From Candidatus Saccharimonadota bacterium (GTDB lineage: Bacteria; Patescibacteriota; Saccharimonadia; CAILAD01; BJGX01), in NCBI GenBank assembly GCA_016191105.1, contig JACPPH010000005.1:721-64720 (forward strand): a stretch of 64,000 bases of DNA. Direction: 5' to 3'. Each line of letters opens with the position of its first letter. Positions within the stretch are counted from its first letter, which is position 1. Of the stretch, positions 1 to 11,239 are shown piece after piece. The position numbers and the translations under genes are program-made. Below the pieces are notes generated by a model. That model was given only the letters and a program-made list of their open reading frames with translations. It was not told the DNA's origin and did not search any database.

Positions 1-324
1 CGACATAGGCTCAAGTTCTATGGCGAGACCTGCCCACATTGCATGGCAATGAAGCCAGTTGTGGCGCAGCTCGAAAAAGATTTAGATATTGAGATTCAAA
101 AACTCGAGGTATGGAACAACGCTAAGAACCAAGAGGTAATGAAAAAGTACGAAGATATTATTGGTGAAGCCTGTGGTGGCATGGCTGGCGTGCCAAGCTT
201 TGTAAATACCGAAACCAAACAGGCCTTATGTGGTGCTCACGACCCGGCCGATCTCAAATTGTTGATTGATGGTGCTGACTGCAAAGACAATGTCTGTAAG
301 CCCCACAGCAAAATGAAGAAGTAA
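1..324 (+). CDS. thioredoxin-family protein, 5' partial (starts before the window)
   Basis: The in-frame translation from position 1 reads RHRLKFYGETCPHCMAMKPV..., so a CPHC redox motif lies upstream of the tracked ORF 43..324. Confidence 0.55.
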   Translation, partial: RHRLKFYGETCPHCMAMKPVVAQLEKDLDIEIQKLEVWNNAKNQEVMKKYEDIIGEACGGMAGVPSFVNTETKQALCGAHDPADLKLLIDGADCKDNVCKPHSKMKK

Positions 325-500
325 CTAGGAGAGCATTTATTATCAAGCAAGAGCAAAAAAAACCAGCCTGGTTGCGGCTAAATCGATTGGCCGGTCGGCT
401 GGGAATTCGCAAAGACAAGTCTAGCGGAAGCAAGCCCGACCAGCGCGAACTGCGTGGCCACGAACACCCTAAAGAGCCAGAGCGTAACAAAAAATAGCCA

Positions 501-788
501 ATGGAAAAGCTGCCTAGGTTTAGTTTGTATATTGCGGCAACACTCGAAATTATTTGGATTGCAGCGCTTTTATTTGCTGTCGGCACGGGCAATATAACCA
601 GATCATTGCTACTGTTTTTGTTTTTGCTTTTCTTGCCTCTAGCGGCTACTGCTGTAGCACTGGCCGGTTTTTTTGCACATCATAAAAAGCCGATCTTGTT
701 TGTTATACTGGCCGGCATAATTGAGTTTGCAATGATCCTTTTGGTGGCAATTGTAGCTATTGGCTTGGGCAGTCTCCAACTTACTTGA
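501..788 (+). CDS. small hydrophobic membrane protein, hypothetical
   Basis: 95-aa ORF with 3 predicted TM stretches and no recognisable motif. Confidence 0.3.
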   Translation: MEKLPRFSLYIAATLEIIWIAALLFAVGTGNITRSLLLFLFLLFLPLAATAVALAGFFAHHKKPILFVILAGIIEFAMILLVAIVAIGLGSLQLT

Positions 789-840
789 GCCAGGCACCTG
801 TTGCGGTTACAATAGAAGCATAAGCTAAATAGGAGCTTCT

Positions 841-1854
<1,014 letters not shown>

Positions 1855-1861
1855 TATAGCA

Positions 1862-2317
1862 ATGAAGGTATTTATTGCCTCAGACCACCGCGGTTTTGTA
1901 AAAAAGAACGAGCTAGCCGAAAAGCTATCGAAGAATTACGAAGTGGTAGACTTAGGCCCCGAAAATCTTAACCCGGCCGACGATTATCCGGTTTTTGCCG
2001 AGCGTGTGGCCCGAGCTGTGGTAGAAGATCCTGGCAGTTTTGGTGTGCTGCTGTGCAATAGCGGCGAGGGCATGGAGATAGCTGCCAACAAGGTTAATGG
2101 CGCCCGCGCTGCGCTTGTTTGGCAAGAACACATAGCTCGCGAAACCCGGGCCGACAACGATAGCAACATAGTCGTTTTTGCTAGCGATGAGCATGGAGTA
2201 GAGGCGCTTCACAAGATGACCGAAGTTTTTTTGGACACAAAATTTTCTGGTGCAAAGCGGCACAAGCGCCGGCTGCACGAAATAGAGCAAATCGAACAAG
2301 AAGAGTCGAATGATTAA
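1862..2317 (+). CDS. rpiB: ribose-5-phosphate isomerase B
   Basis: MKVFIASDHRGF... N-terminus and length typical of RpiB/LacAB. Confidence 0.8.
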   Translation: MKVFIASDHRGFVKKNELAEKLSKNYEVVDLGPENLNPADDYPVFAERVARAVVEDPGSFGVLLCNSGEGMEIAANKVNGARAALVWQEHIARETRADNDSNIVVFASDEHGVEALHKMTEVFLDTKFSGAKRHKRRLHEIEQIEQEESND

Positions 2318-2475
2318 TACTCACAATAAAACCACTTCTGATCTGCAGATCCACCAGGCGCTAATCTATCCGTCTTTTTCTTCGCAACATAGCTACGGCT
2401 ATGCTTTGTCGAAAGAAAAAGAAAACGAATATTTTATTCACCGAGTAAATTTTCGAAATTCAAAAGGGGTTTACT

Positions 2476-3111
2476 GTGAGTATTAAAATAGTGCCGGCAG
2501 TTTTGGTAAAAACTAAGGAAGAATACAATCAGCGGGTGGGGGTTATTCGCCAACTAACCGATCGTTTTCAACTAGACGTAATAGATGCAGACTTTGTGGA
2601 CAATCCGACCTTGAGCTTGCAAGAAGTTGGCCGCCCGGCCGATCTAAAGATCGACCTTGACATGATGGTGGGCGATCCGCGCAAATATTACGACCATATT
2701 ATTCGCTTACACCCCTACACGGTTATATTGCATTTTGAATGCCAAGTGGAGTTGGGCCCTGTAATAGAAAAGATTAAGAAGTCTGGTTTACGGGCTGGGC
2801 TTGCTATCGACCCCGAAACTCCAGTTAAAAAAATTAAAGGTCTTATTGAGTATCTCGACTACTTCCAAATAATGGGCCATTCATCGGGCTTTGCTGGTCA
2901 GAAATTTCAACCAGAGGTACTAAATAAAATTCCAGAAGTTCGTAAACTAAGGCCGGATATTGAATTGGGGCTTGATAGCGGTGTGCGCGAACAAACTTTG
3001 AAAAAAATCTGCTCAACCGACTTAGATGTGGTTGCTGTGAATACATATTTATTTGAGACCGAGGACTCACTGAATCGCTACAGCACAATTTTGGCGGAGT
3101 GTATGCAGTGA
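2476..3111 (+). CDS. ribulose-phosphate 3-epimerase-like TIM-barrel protein
   Basis: The IVPAVL...DVIDADFV N-terminus resembles the RPE family (SIL..D...HxDxMDG); it fits the surrounding pentose-phosphate genes. Confidence 0.5.
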   Translation: MSIKIVPAVLVKTKEEYNQRVGVIRQLTDRFQLDVIDADFVDNPTLSLQEVGRPADLKIDLDMMVGDPRKYYDHIIRLHPYTVILHFECQVELGPVIEKIKKSGLRAGLAIDPETPVKKIKGLIEYLDYFQIMGHSSGFAGQKFQPEVLNKIPEVRKLRPDIELGLDSGVREQTLKKICSTDLDVVAVNTYLFETEDSLNRYSTILAECMQ

Positions 3112-3998
3112 TCAAGCCAATGACTACCAAGCAATTAGAATTGACCGCCAACGAAATTCGGCAGACTATTATTAAAATGTTGGTCGAAGCCGGCAGCGGC
3201 CACACAGCTGGTCCGCTTGGCATGGCCGATGTGTTTACGGCGCTGTTTTTTGGCGGAGTGCTAAATTATAGAGCCAAGGAGCCAAACTGGGAAGAGCGCG
3301 ATCGACTTGTTTTGAGCAACGGCCATATCAACCCTGTGCTGTATGTAACCATGTCGAAGGCAGGCTACTTTGCGCACAAAGAGCTAGCGACTTTGCGCAA
3401 GTTTAACACCCGCCTACAAGGCCACCCCGAGCGTACTCGGTTGCCGGGCTTAGAGACTACCAGCGGTCCGCTCGGCTCTGGAATCAGCCAGGCCTCAGGC
3501 ATGGCCTACGGGCTGAGGATGGACGGCAAGAAGTTGCAGCGGGTTTATTGCCTGTGTAGCGATGGCGAACTACAAGAGGGTAATAGTTGGGAGGCAATTA
3601 TGTTTGCCGGCAAAAACAAACTCAGCAACCTAACCGTAATTGTAGATCGTAACAACATCCAAATCGATGGTAACACCGAAGATGTGATGCCACTAGAGCC
3701 ACTAGCCATGAAATGGCAGGCTTTTAATTGGCACGTAATAGAGGTTGATGGTCACAATTTCGATGAAATAATTGGTGCTTGTAATCAAGCCAAAGCAATT
3801 TTTGAAAAGCCAACTTGCATTATTGCTCACACTATTCCTGGCAAAGGTGTAGATTTTATGGAATACGATTTTCGTTGGCACGGCATACCGCCCGACAAGC
3901 AAGACATTCCTGGCGATCCACCGAAAGCTGTTCAGGACAGAGTAGCCCTCGACAGGCTCCGGACCCTAAACGGCCGCATCAGGAGTGAGCATGAATAA
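3099..3998 (+). CDS. tktA: transketolase, N-terminal (TPP-binding) subunit
   Basis: GSGHTAGPLGMADVF and GHPE motifs; a split transketolase with adjacent, partly overlapping ORFs. Confidence 0.85.
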   Translation: MYAVIKPMTTKQLELTANEIRQTIIKMLVEAGSGHTAGPLGMADVFTALFFGGVLNYRAKEPNWEERDRLVLSNGHINPVLYVTMSKAGYFAHKELATLRKFNTRLQGHPERTRLPGLETTSGPLGSGISQASGMAYGLRMDGKKLQRVYCLCSDGELQEGNSWEAIMFAGKNKLSNLTVIVDRNNIQIDGNTEDVMPLEPLAMKWQAFNWHVIEVDGHNFDEIIGACNQAKAIFEKPTCIIAHTIPGKGVDFMEYDFRWHGIPPDKQDIPGDPPKAVQDRVALDRLRTLNGRIRSEHE

Positions 3999-4974
3999 AT
4001 CACAGCATTTGAGCAACAAACTTTTTCGCGACGACATTGAGATGCTGCCAATACGCAAAGGCTTTGGCGATGGCTTGCTAGAGGCTGGCAAAAAAGATAG
4101 CGAAATTGTTGCGCTGAGCGCAGACCTTGTAGAGTCTACGCAAATGCAAGCCTTTGCTTTAAAATATCCGGATCGCTACATAGAGATTGGTGTAGCCGAA
4201 CAGAACCTAGTTACGGTTGCTAGCGGCTTAGCAGCGGTTGGCAAGCGCCCGTTTGTAACTAGCTACGCTGGCTTTAGCCCGGGTCGCAATTGGGAGCAAA
4301 TTAGAACTACAATCTGCTTAAATAATAGAAATGTAAAGATTGTTGGTAGCCACGCCGGTGTTTCGGTGGGGCCCGATGGCGCAACCCACCAAATGCTCGA
4401 AGACATTGCGCTTATGCGGGTGCTGCCAAACATGGTGGTGGTGGTGCCGACCGATGTACACGAGGCTCAAAAAGCTACTTTGGCCTTAGCCAAAATCCAA
4501 AAACCGGCTTACTTGCGGCTAGCTCGCGAAAAAACTGCCGTTATTACAACCGAAAAATCACCATTTGAGATTGGTAAAGCTCAGATCTTACAATCTGGTA
4601 GTGATATTACAGTTGTAGCTTGTGGGCCATTGGTTTACGAAGCTTTGAAAGCGGCTCACACACTGACAGGCAAGGCTTCGGTCGAGGTAATAAATAGCTC
4701 CAGCATTAAACCGCTCGATGAACAAACAATTACCAAAAGTGCCCATAAAACCGGCTGCGTAGTGACTGTCGAAGAAGCCCAGGCAGCTGGCGGACTGGGT
4801 GGTGCTGTGGCTGAGTTGTTGGCCAGGACCTATCCGGTGCCGGTTAGTCGTGTGGGTGTACACGATAGATTTGGTCAATCGGGCGAAGTTCAACAGCTCT
4901 GGCAGGAATATCAATTAGATGCCCCGGCCATATCGGCGGCGATTCTGGCGACCATAGAAGGCAAGCAAAAATGA
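3985..4974 (+). CDS. tktB: transketolase, C-terminal (pyrimidine-binding) subunit
   Basis: Transketolase Pyr and C-terminal domain motifs (EQNLVTVASGLA, GPDGATHQ). Confidence 0.85.
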   Translation: MSMNKSQHLSNKLFRDDIEMLPIRKGFGDGLLEAGKKDSEIVALSADLVESTQMQAFALKYPDRYIEIGVAEQNLVTVASGLAAVGKRPFVTSYAGFSPGRNWEQIRTTICLNNRNVKIVGSHAGVSVGPDGATHQMLEDIALMRVLPNMVVVVPTDVHEAQKATLALAKIQKPAYLRLAREKTAVITTEKSPFEIGKAQILQSGSDITVVACGPLVYEALKAAHTLTGKASVEVINSSSIKPLDEQTITKSAHKTGCVVTVEEAQAAGGLGGAVAELLARTYPVPVSRVGVHDRFGQSGEVQQLWQEYQLDAPAISAAILATIEGKQK

Positions 4975-5954
4975 GCTACGACCTAATTGTACTTGGCTCT
5001 TCAGCCATGGATGTTTTTGCTGTTTCAAGGAGGCTAAAGCCAGAGAAGCACGACCGTCATGAGCTTATTGTGCTTCCTAGTGAGCAAATACTATGGCTCG
5101 ATAATGCTATTCACGATGTTGGTGGTGGCGGACTAATTGCGGCTGTACTTTGTGCTCGCCAGGGTCTTAAGCCGGCTTTGGTTAGCAAGCTTGGTGCCGA
5201 CATTTTTGCCCGTACCATTGAGCAAATTTTGAGCGAAGAAAAGGTGGGTCTAGACCACATAGTGACTGATCGTAAGCACCACACCGACAACACCATTCGG
5301 CTGACCGTCAACGGTAAGCACCAAACACTCTTAAAATACCAGGGCTCATACATAAGCCTTACCCCGCGCGAGATCAAGATGCCAAAAGTTAAAAAAGGCT
5401 GGCTATACATTGCTACTCTGCCGGCAGAATATAAGACATTGCGCACAGCTGTAAATTGGGCTAAGCAGCACAAGTTGAATGTAGCTATTCACCCCAATAA
5501 TGTTCACACTCTTAAATCTAACCGGCTGTGGTCGCTACTGGCAGAATGCGATCTGGTAATCTTGAATAGAGATGAATTGAGTATGCTATTGGGGGGTTAC
5601 TACAGTGCTACTGAGGGACTGGTAGCCGCACATCAACACGGCCTAAAAAAACTAGCCCTATACGACGGTCTCGAGGGCTCTTACTATATGAACGAGAACA
5701 ACATTTTTCATGCCCCGGCCTACAAAAAGACCAAACCACTCGAAATAACCGGTGCCGAAGATAGTTTTGCAGCTGGACTTTTGGCGGCCACAATTGCCGG
5801 CGAGACAGTTGCCAAATGCCTGGCTTTAGCTGGCGCCCAAGCAGCAGCATCGTTAAGCGTGGTGGGGGGGCGCTCAGGCATATTACGCAAGCCACTGGTT
5901 AAGGAGCAAAAACTTAAGCACTTTGTGATTTCGGACCAAACGAGGCATAATTAG
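4971..5954 (+). CDS. PfkB-family carbohydrate/nucleoside kinase
   Basis: Ribokinase-like fold: the tail has a GAEDSFAAG-type anion hole; overlaps the tkt stop. Confidence 0.55.
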   Translation: MSYDLIVLGSSAMDVFAVSRRLKPEKHDRHELIVLPSEQILWLDNAIHDVGGGGLIAAVLCARQGLKPALVSKLGADIFARTIEQILSEEKVGLDHIVTDRKHHTDNTIRLTVNGKHQTLLKYQGSYISLTPREIKMPKVKKGWLYIATLPAEYKTLRTAVNWAKQHKLNVAIHPNNVHTLKSNRLWSLLAECDLVILNRDELSMLLGGYYSATEGLVAAHQHGLKKLALYDGLEGSYYMNENNIFHAPAYKKTKPLEITGAEDSFAAGLLAATIAGETVAKCLALAGAQAAASLSVVGGRSGILRKPLVKEQKLKHFVISDQTRHN

Positions 5955-5970
5955 GTAAAGGAGAAAGCTG

Positions 5971-6978
5971 GTGAAAAACAACTTCGAGTTTATAGCCGTA
6001 GGCGATGTAGTGACCGACGCTTTTATTGAGCTTCTGTCGACCGAAGCCAAGGTCGAGCAAGACAGATCACATCACCCCTTGTTGTGTATGACCTATGGCA
6101 CCAAGATTCCTTTTCAGGAGGCGATCGTTGTTCCAGCTGTTGGCAACGCTGCCAATGCCGCTGTAGCAGCGGCTCGCCTGGGATTAAACACGGGGTTCAT
6201 AAGCGATGTTGGCAATGACGACAACGGCCGTGAAATGCTCCATAGCTTAACCAATAATAACGTTTCGACCGAATTTGTAAGGATTCACCATGGCAAACAC
6301 AGCAACTATCATTACGTGTTGTGGTATAAGGCCGATCGCACAATTTTAATTAAGCACGAAGCCTACGACTATCGCTGGCCCAGGCTACATGATCACAATA
6401 AGTCAGAATGGTTGTATATGAGCTCAATCGCCGAAAGTGGTGAACCAATTCATGTTGGGCTTGCCAAGTATCTGGAGGCCAACAAAGATGTTAAGTTTGC
6501 TTTTCAACCAGGAACATTTCAGATACGTGAGGGCAAAGCCAAACTTGCTAAACTTTATAGCCGAGCCGAAGTTTTCGCGGCCAACAAAGAGGAGTTTCAG
6601 CAAATCTTGAACAGCAATTCGAATGATGAAAAAATCTTAATAAACGATATGCACAAACTTGGCCCCAAAGTCGTGTTGCTAACCGATGGCCCCAAGGGCG
6701 CGTTTGCTAGTGATGGTAAAGAGGTGGTGTTTATGCCACCCTACCCAGACCCCAAGCCACCCTATGATCGCACCGGCGCCGGTGATGCTTATGCCAGCAC
6801 ATTTACAGCCGCCTTGGCACAGGGCAAGGATTTGGCCACCGGCTTGGCGTGGGCCGGCGTGAATTCTATGAGTGTGGTGCAGCAAGTCGGCGCTCAAGCC
6901 GGACTGCTCAAAAAGCCAGAGATTGATCACTGGCTCAAGAAAGCGCCAACTAGTTTTAAACCTAAGTTGGTGAATTAG
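5971..6978 (+). CDS. PfkB-family sugar kinase (ribokinase-like)
   Basis: C-terminal TGAGDAYAS motif, the PfkB signature. Confidence 0.7.
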   Translation: MKNNFEFIAVGDVVTDAFIELLSTEAKVEQDRSHHPLLCMTYGTKIPFQEAIVVPAVGNAANAAVAAARLGLNTGFISDVGNDDNGREMLHSLTNNNVSTEFVRIHHGKHSNYHYVLWYKADRTILIKHEAYDYRWPRLHDHNKSEWLYMSSIAESGEPIHVGLAKYLEANKDVKFAFQPGTFQIREGKAKLAKLYSRAEVFAANKEEFQQILNSNSNDEKILINDMHKLGPKVVLLTDGPKGAFASDGKEVVFMPPYPDPKPPYDRTGAGDAYASTFTAALAQGKDLATGLAWAGVNSMSVVQQVGAQAGLLKKPEIDHWLKKAPTSFKPKLVN

Positions 6979-6981
6979 TCT

Positions 6982-7503
6982 ATGAATAAATCTCCAGATC
7001 CGATTTTACAAACAGAGGGTATTTTGTTTTTTCAGAATCCAAACGACAAACTTCAGTCTAAGTTAATGCAGCATTCAAAGTTTGGCAGTTTATGTTCAGA
7101 CGGCAAGCAGATTTGGTGGCAGTCCGATTCGCAGAAGCTTTTTAGAACCCGCTTAAAAAGCGCATCGGTCAGAATCGAAAACGAAAGCCAAAGAGAAGCA
7201 ACTTTGCAGAATAAGCTGCCTTACATGCGCCTAACAGCTGACACTAGAGATTATTGGATTGATTTTGGACCAAATGCTTTTGCTGGTCCAACTGCAGCGT
7301 TGCTATCTAGCCGAAGGGTACAATACACCAATGCTTGGCTAAAACTATTTAACGGCGGTTCAGTTGCCGAAGCTCAGAAGATTGCCAACGAAAAAAGTCA
7401 TAGCAATCGAAACAGTTTGATAATTATCTGCACAGTACTTGGCATCTTCTTGCTAGCAGCGGGTTTGATCTGGATTTTCTTGCCAAAACTCTCGGGCTTT
7501 TAG
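6982..7503 (+). CDS. hypothetical protein with C-terminal TM anchor
   Basis: 173-aa ORF ending in a TM helix. Confidence 0.35.
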   Translation: MNKSPDPILQTEGILFFQNPNDKLQSKLMQHSKFGSLCSDGKQIWWQSDSQKLFRTRLKSASVRIENESQREATLQNKLPYMRLTADTRDYWIDFGPNAFAGPTAALLSSRRVQYTNAWLKLFNGGSVAEAQKIANEKSHSNRNSLIIICTVLGIFLLAAGLIWIFLPKLSGF

Positions 7504-7791
7504 ATGAGCCTAAACAAGGTTTACCCTTGTACAAGGGTAAACCTTGTTTGCGGTTATTATGGTCGTCTCTGGCAATGGGATAAGATCAGGAATAACCAAA
7601 AATGGATAGTTCAATTCGTCTCCACCGATGACTCATATATCTCAATTGAAGAAGCGCGCCATATTCACAAGGAGCTCAAAACGGAATATCACGAGCAAAA
7701 TGATCAAGGTCACTATGGCAGCGATGTGAGCGAGAAGCTTGAATTTCCTGAGTTGGTTAAGATTATCACTAAGAAGCTCAAACATGACTAG
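7504..7791 (+). CDS. hypothetical protein (start uncertain; 5' end overlaps the REP palindrome)
   Basis: 95-aa ORF; the only in-frame ATG sits before the palindrome. Confidence 0.25.
   Translation: MSLNKVYPCTRVNLVCGYYGRLWQWDKIRNNQKWIVQFVSTDDSYISIEEARHIHKELKTEYHEQNDQGHYGSDVSEKLEFPELVKIITKKLKHD
7512..7549. repeat. REP-type perfect palindrome (AAACAAGGTTTACCCTTGT|ACAAGGGTAAACCTTGTTT)
   Basis: 38-bp perfect palindrome of the same family as the hairpins flanking the Y1 transposase at 47.4-48.1 kb. Confidence 0.7.
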
Positions 7792-7838
7792 GTCAAAAGC
7801 ACTTTAGCCTTTTATAATAGCTTGCTATAATACTGCTT

Positions 7839-8762
7839 ATGTATGATTTAATCATCGTGGGCGCTGGGCCGGCCGGTATGACCGCTGGAGTATATGCCGC
7901 CCGCAAAGAACTAAAAACCCTGGTAATTAGTCGAGATGTAGGTGGTCAGGCGGCCTGGAGTAGCGACATCGAAAACTACTTGGGCTTTAGTATGATCACC
8001 GGGCCAGATTTGGTTAAGAAGTTCGAAAACCACCTCGAAGAATTCAAGGATCATGTTGAGTTGCGGCTGGTGCCCAGCGGGGTTAAAAAGATCGAGAAGT
8101 CTGGCAAACACTTTAAGGTTACAACTGGCGACGGCAAGAGCGAACAGGCTCGTAGCATAATAGTCGCTGGCGGCAAGGTGCCACGACCACTTGGTGTAAA
8201 AGGCGAGCAAGAGTATTTGAACAAAGGCGTGGCCTATTGTGCTTGGTGCGACGGCCCGCTGTTTCGCAACAAAGAAGTTGCAATTATTGGTGGCGGCAAT
8301 GCCGCGCTCGATGCCGCGCTCAATTTGGCCAAGACGGTTAAACAGATATATATAGTAAACATAACCGCCGAGCTGACCGGCGATCCAATAATGATCGATA
8401 AAGTAAAGGCTGCAGTCCACGCCCGAATTTTAAACAATACCGAGGTAGTAGAAATTAAGGGCGATAAATTTGTTAACTCGATTGTTATTAAGCCCCACGA
8501 CTACAGCGCTACCAAAGAGCTGCCGGTTGAGGGCGTGTTTGTGGAGGTGGGCAGCTTGCCGGCTACAGATTACCTAAAGGGTCTGGTGAAGCTCAACCAG
8601 GCTAACGAGATAGTTATAGATAAGAACAATATGAGCTCGGTACCAGGAATATTTGCGGCCGGCGATATTACCGACGTGATTGAAAAACAAATTATTACAG
8701 CCGCTGGCGAAGGCGCTAAGGCTTCGATAGAGGCCTCCCAGTATCTAGCCAAGCAGGGCTAA
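7839..8762 (+). CDS. trxB: thioredoxin-disulfide reductase
   Basis: GAGPAG FAD motif, CAWC redox pair, GGGNAA NADPH motif. Confidence 0.85.
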   Translation: MYDLIIVGAGPAGMTAGVYAARKELKTLVISRDVGGQAAWSSDIENYLGFSMITGPDLVKKFENHLEEFKDHVELRLVPSGVKKIEKSGKHFKVTTGDGKSEQARSIIVAGGKVPRPLGVKGEQEYLNKGVAYCAWCDGPLFRNKEVAIIGGGNAALDAALNLAKTVKQIYIVNITAELTGDPIMIDKVKAAVHARILNNTEVVEIKGDKFVNSIVIKPHDYSATKELPVEGVFVEVGSLPATDYLKGLVKLNQANEIVIDKNNMSSVPGIFAAGDITDVIEKQIITAAGEGAKASIEASQYLAKQG

Positions 8763-8817
8763 TCTAAAATCTGTTATGCTATAATCAAATTCTTAACTCA
8801 GAAACAAGGAGATTCCT

Positions 8818-9306
8818 GTGTCGCCCAATAAAAAATCTGTCGACGGCATGATTGTTCGCTCAGCCCAGCCCAAAACACCGGCCAAGAAGCCAGTGCCCAC
8901 TAAGACCCAACCCCCTAAGCAGCCAGTAGACACCAAGCCTGCTGCACAGAACAGTGTCCAGCTTAAGTCTGAACCAGCCAATCCCAATCAGCCGCCCTTA
9001 ACGGGGTGGAGCTGGGGCGCGTTTTTGCTTAACTGGATCTGGGGAATAGGCAACCATGTCTGGATTGCATTGCTGGTTTTGATTCCAATAGCCCCAATTA
9101 ACCTAATCCTCGCGATCTACTTGGGTTTAAAGGGCAATGAATTAGCTTGGCGGGCAAGACAATGGGAAAGCCCTGAGAAATTTATTGAAGCCCAAAGGCA
9201 GTGGGCCAAGTGGGGTGTTGTTATTCTCATTCTTGGTGTAGTAGTGGTCTTAGCTTCAATTGCACTGGTAGCTTTGCTAGCCAGCTCCACCACCACTGGC
9301 TATTAA
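8818..9306 (+). CDS. membrane protein with Pro/Lys-rich N-terminus
   Basis: Two TM helices follow a GWSWGAFLLNWIWGIGN Trp-rich segment. Confidence 0.4.
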   Translation: MSPNKKSVDGMIVRSAQPKTPAKKPVPTKTQPPKQPVDTKPAAQNSVQLKSEPANPNQPPLTGWSWGAFLLNWIWGIGNHVWIALLVLIPIAPINLILAIYLGLKGNELAWRARQWESPEKFIEAQRQWAKWGVVILILGVVVVLASIALVALLASSTTTGY

Positions 9307-9380
9307 AATATGTTAGCTACTAACTATTTTTTAGGTACTCAAGATAGAGTATAATTAATGGTCTAAGGGAGAACCGTAAG

Positions 9381-9632
9381 ATGGCAGATGGGTCAGGATC
9401 AGGCAAAGCGATTATCTACACTACACCGTGGTGCCAGTTTTGCAAACATGTTGAAGCTTACTTAGATGAACAAAAATATCCCTACGAGAAAATCGATGTT
9501 TCAACCAATCAGGCTAAGGCTCAAGAGATGGTAGAAAAATCGGGTCAAATGGGGGTGCCGGTAACAGAGATCAAAGATCAGATTATTGTTGGTTGGGATA
9601 AGCCTAGGTTTGAGGCTCTGTTTTCTAAATAG
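9381..9632 (+). CDS. glutaredoxin/NrdH-like redoxin
   Basis: 83 aa with a CQFC CxxC motif near the N-terminus. Confidence 0.6.
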   Translation: MADGSGSGKAIIYTTPWCQFCKHVEAYLDEQKYPYEKIDVSTNQAKAQEMVEKSGQMGVPVTEIKDQIIVGWDKPRFEALFSK

Positions 9633-9755
9633 TTTTGTTGTTGATAGGTTTGTCTGGTTCATATAGATGAGCGCCGCTTAGATTTGACATCTGACACTGT
9701 TTGTATTACCATAAGCGTAATAACCAGCAGCTGCTAATGATGCCAAAAAACAAAC

Positions 9756-10859
9756 ATGCCAGCTAAGCCGCGTACCGGTAAGTCCCAACCCCTAGGCAAA
9801 AAGGGTGCTTTTAGGTTTCGATGGTGGATGGTGGTAGTTTTGGTAATGATTGTAGCGGTAGTCGGCATAGCCGTGCTGCGGTTTTCCAGAGCCAGCGGCA
9901 GTCAGGGGATTATGTTGCCCGACAGCCCCTATACTCGGCATGATGGTGGTGAATTCACCTCTTCTGCAGATGGTATTGCTTGGACGACAAGCGTAAATAA
10001 TATTGGGCCTGGAACCTGGCAGTGGTATGGCCCTTTCGAAAAACTTACGGTTTGGCCCAATGATGCTGCCAAGTCGGTGGTTGCTTGCTGGACATTACGC
10101 GATAACTTGCCTTATGGCATACAGGCCGAGTATGCGCTCGATATAACCGCCGACAACGGTGCAAAGGTTTTAGGTAGTCGGATGGTCAGGGGGCAAGAAG
10201 GCGCCTTTAAAACTGTTGCTAACTCGCTAACCCAACAGTGCCTGAGCGCAAATATAGATAATGGTTATTATGATCTGAACAGGGTTGAGTATCGTCTTAG
10301 CATGCGCCGGGGTTCAGTAAGTATTTTTCGTGCCAATCGACAGCTAGTTGGTGCAATTACGAGTGATATGCAATTAGCTACTAGTTTTCCAGCCTACATA
10401 TGGCCCTTGTTGCCAGGAGTTGGCAGTGTACGCGGGCCAGATGCGCAGGGTGGTGGCTGCTGGGGAGGCCCGCGTCCGGGCCGGCCGCACAATGGCCTAG
10501 ACATATTTGCGCCTGATGGTTCCCAAGTGATATCTGTACAGGGGGGTACGGTGGTAAATATTGACAACCCACCAGACCCAGCTGGCTTTGGGCGCTTTCT
10601 GATAGTGAAAAACGACGACGGCCGCTACGCACTCTACGGGCACGTTAAAGATGTGCGTGTTGGTGTGGGCGAGCGTGTAGCGCAAGGACAGTGGATTGCA
10701 AGCGTTAGCAATACCGGCAATGCCGAAGGGGTAGGCAGCCAACTACACCTACAGATCCAGACCAACTATAACGGCAGTGCCTCAACTACTTTTGGCCAAA
10801 CTATAAACCCTGCAAGCATACTGCCCCAGACACGACTACTAAACGGTTGCACACTATAG
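9756..10859 (+). CDS. M23-family peptidase (LytM-like) with N-terminal TM anchor
   Basis: C-terminal HNGLD...YGH...GNAEGVGSQLHLQ matches the M23 Zn-binding HxxxD/HxH signature. Confidence 0.8.
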   Translation: MPAKPRTGKSQPLGKKGAFRFRWWMVVVLVMIVAVVGIAVLRFSRASGSQGIMLPDSPYTRHDGGEFTSSADGIAWTTSVNNIGPGTWQWYGPFEKLTVWPNDAAKSVVACWTLRDNLPYGIQAEYALDITADNGAKVLGSRMVRGQEGAFKTVANSLTQQCLSANIDNGYYDLNRVEYRLSMRRGSVSIFRANRQLVGAITSDMQLATSFPAYIWPLLPGVGSVRGPDAQGGGCWGGPRPGRPHNGLDIFAPDGSQVISVQGGTVVNIDNPPDPAGFGRFLIVKNDDGRYALYGHVKDVRVGVGERVAQGQWIASVSNTGNAEGVGSQLHLQIQTNYNGSASTTFGQTINPASILPQTRLLNGCTL

Positions 10860-11239
10860 TTAAAAAAGGATACCAAACAGGTAAGGCGACAAAATAAAAA
10901 TAGCAGCACGAAGTGATGTATAACAATCATTGTTATCGCACCGATTGCAATTGTTGGTATCGCCTTCGTCGGGCTGGCACCAAATAGTATAAAGCCCAAA
11001 GCCATGGGGGTAGCTGAGTACTTTATGGCAACAGCTCGGACAACATGCCACAACCAAATGATGCTAAAAGTTGGCAATATTTAAAGCCAAGAATGCAAGA
11101 ATAAAAGAAAGGCCAACCAAATCAATAGCTAGCCGACTGTACAGGCGCAAGAAATCAATATAATCCCCCAGAGCCAGAACTGCCACTATAACTTTCAGGC
11201 AAAGAGGAATAGTAGTTGCTTGACTGCTATAATTAGCAT

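Noticed and set aside
7911-8420. Antisense ORFs inside trxB (7911..8420, 8234..8437) and similar antisense ORFs inside uvrA, dnaE, ligA and gatA
   Set aside because: They lie wholly within strongly supported genes on the opposite strand and have no independent signals.
10766-11077. 103-aa minus-strand ORF downstream of the M23 peptidase gene
   Set aside because: Its 3' end overlaps the well-supported M23 gene by 94 bp convergently. It may be a shorter real membrane peptide starting at an internal Met, but it cannot be supported.
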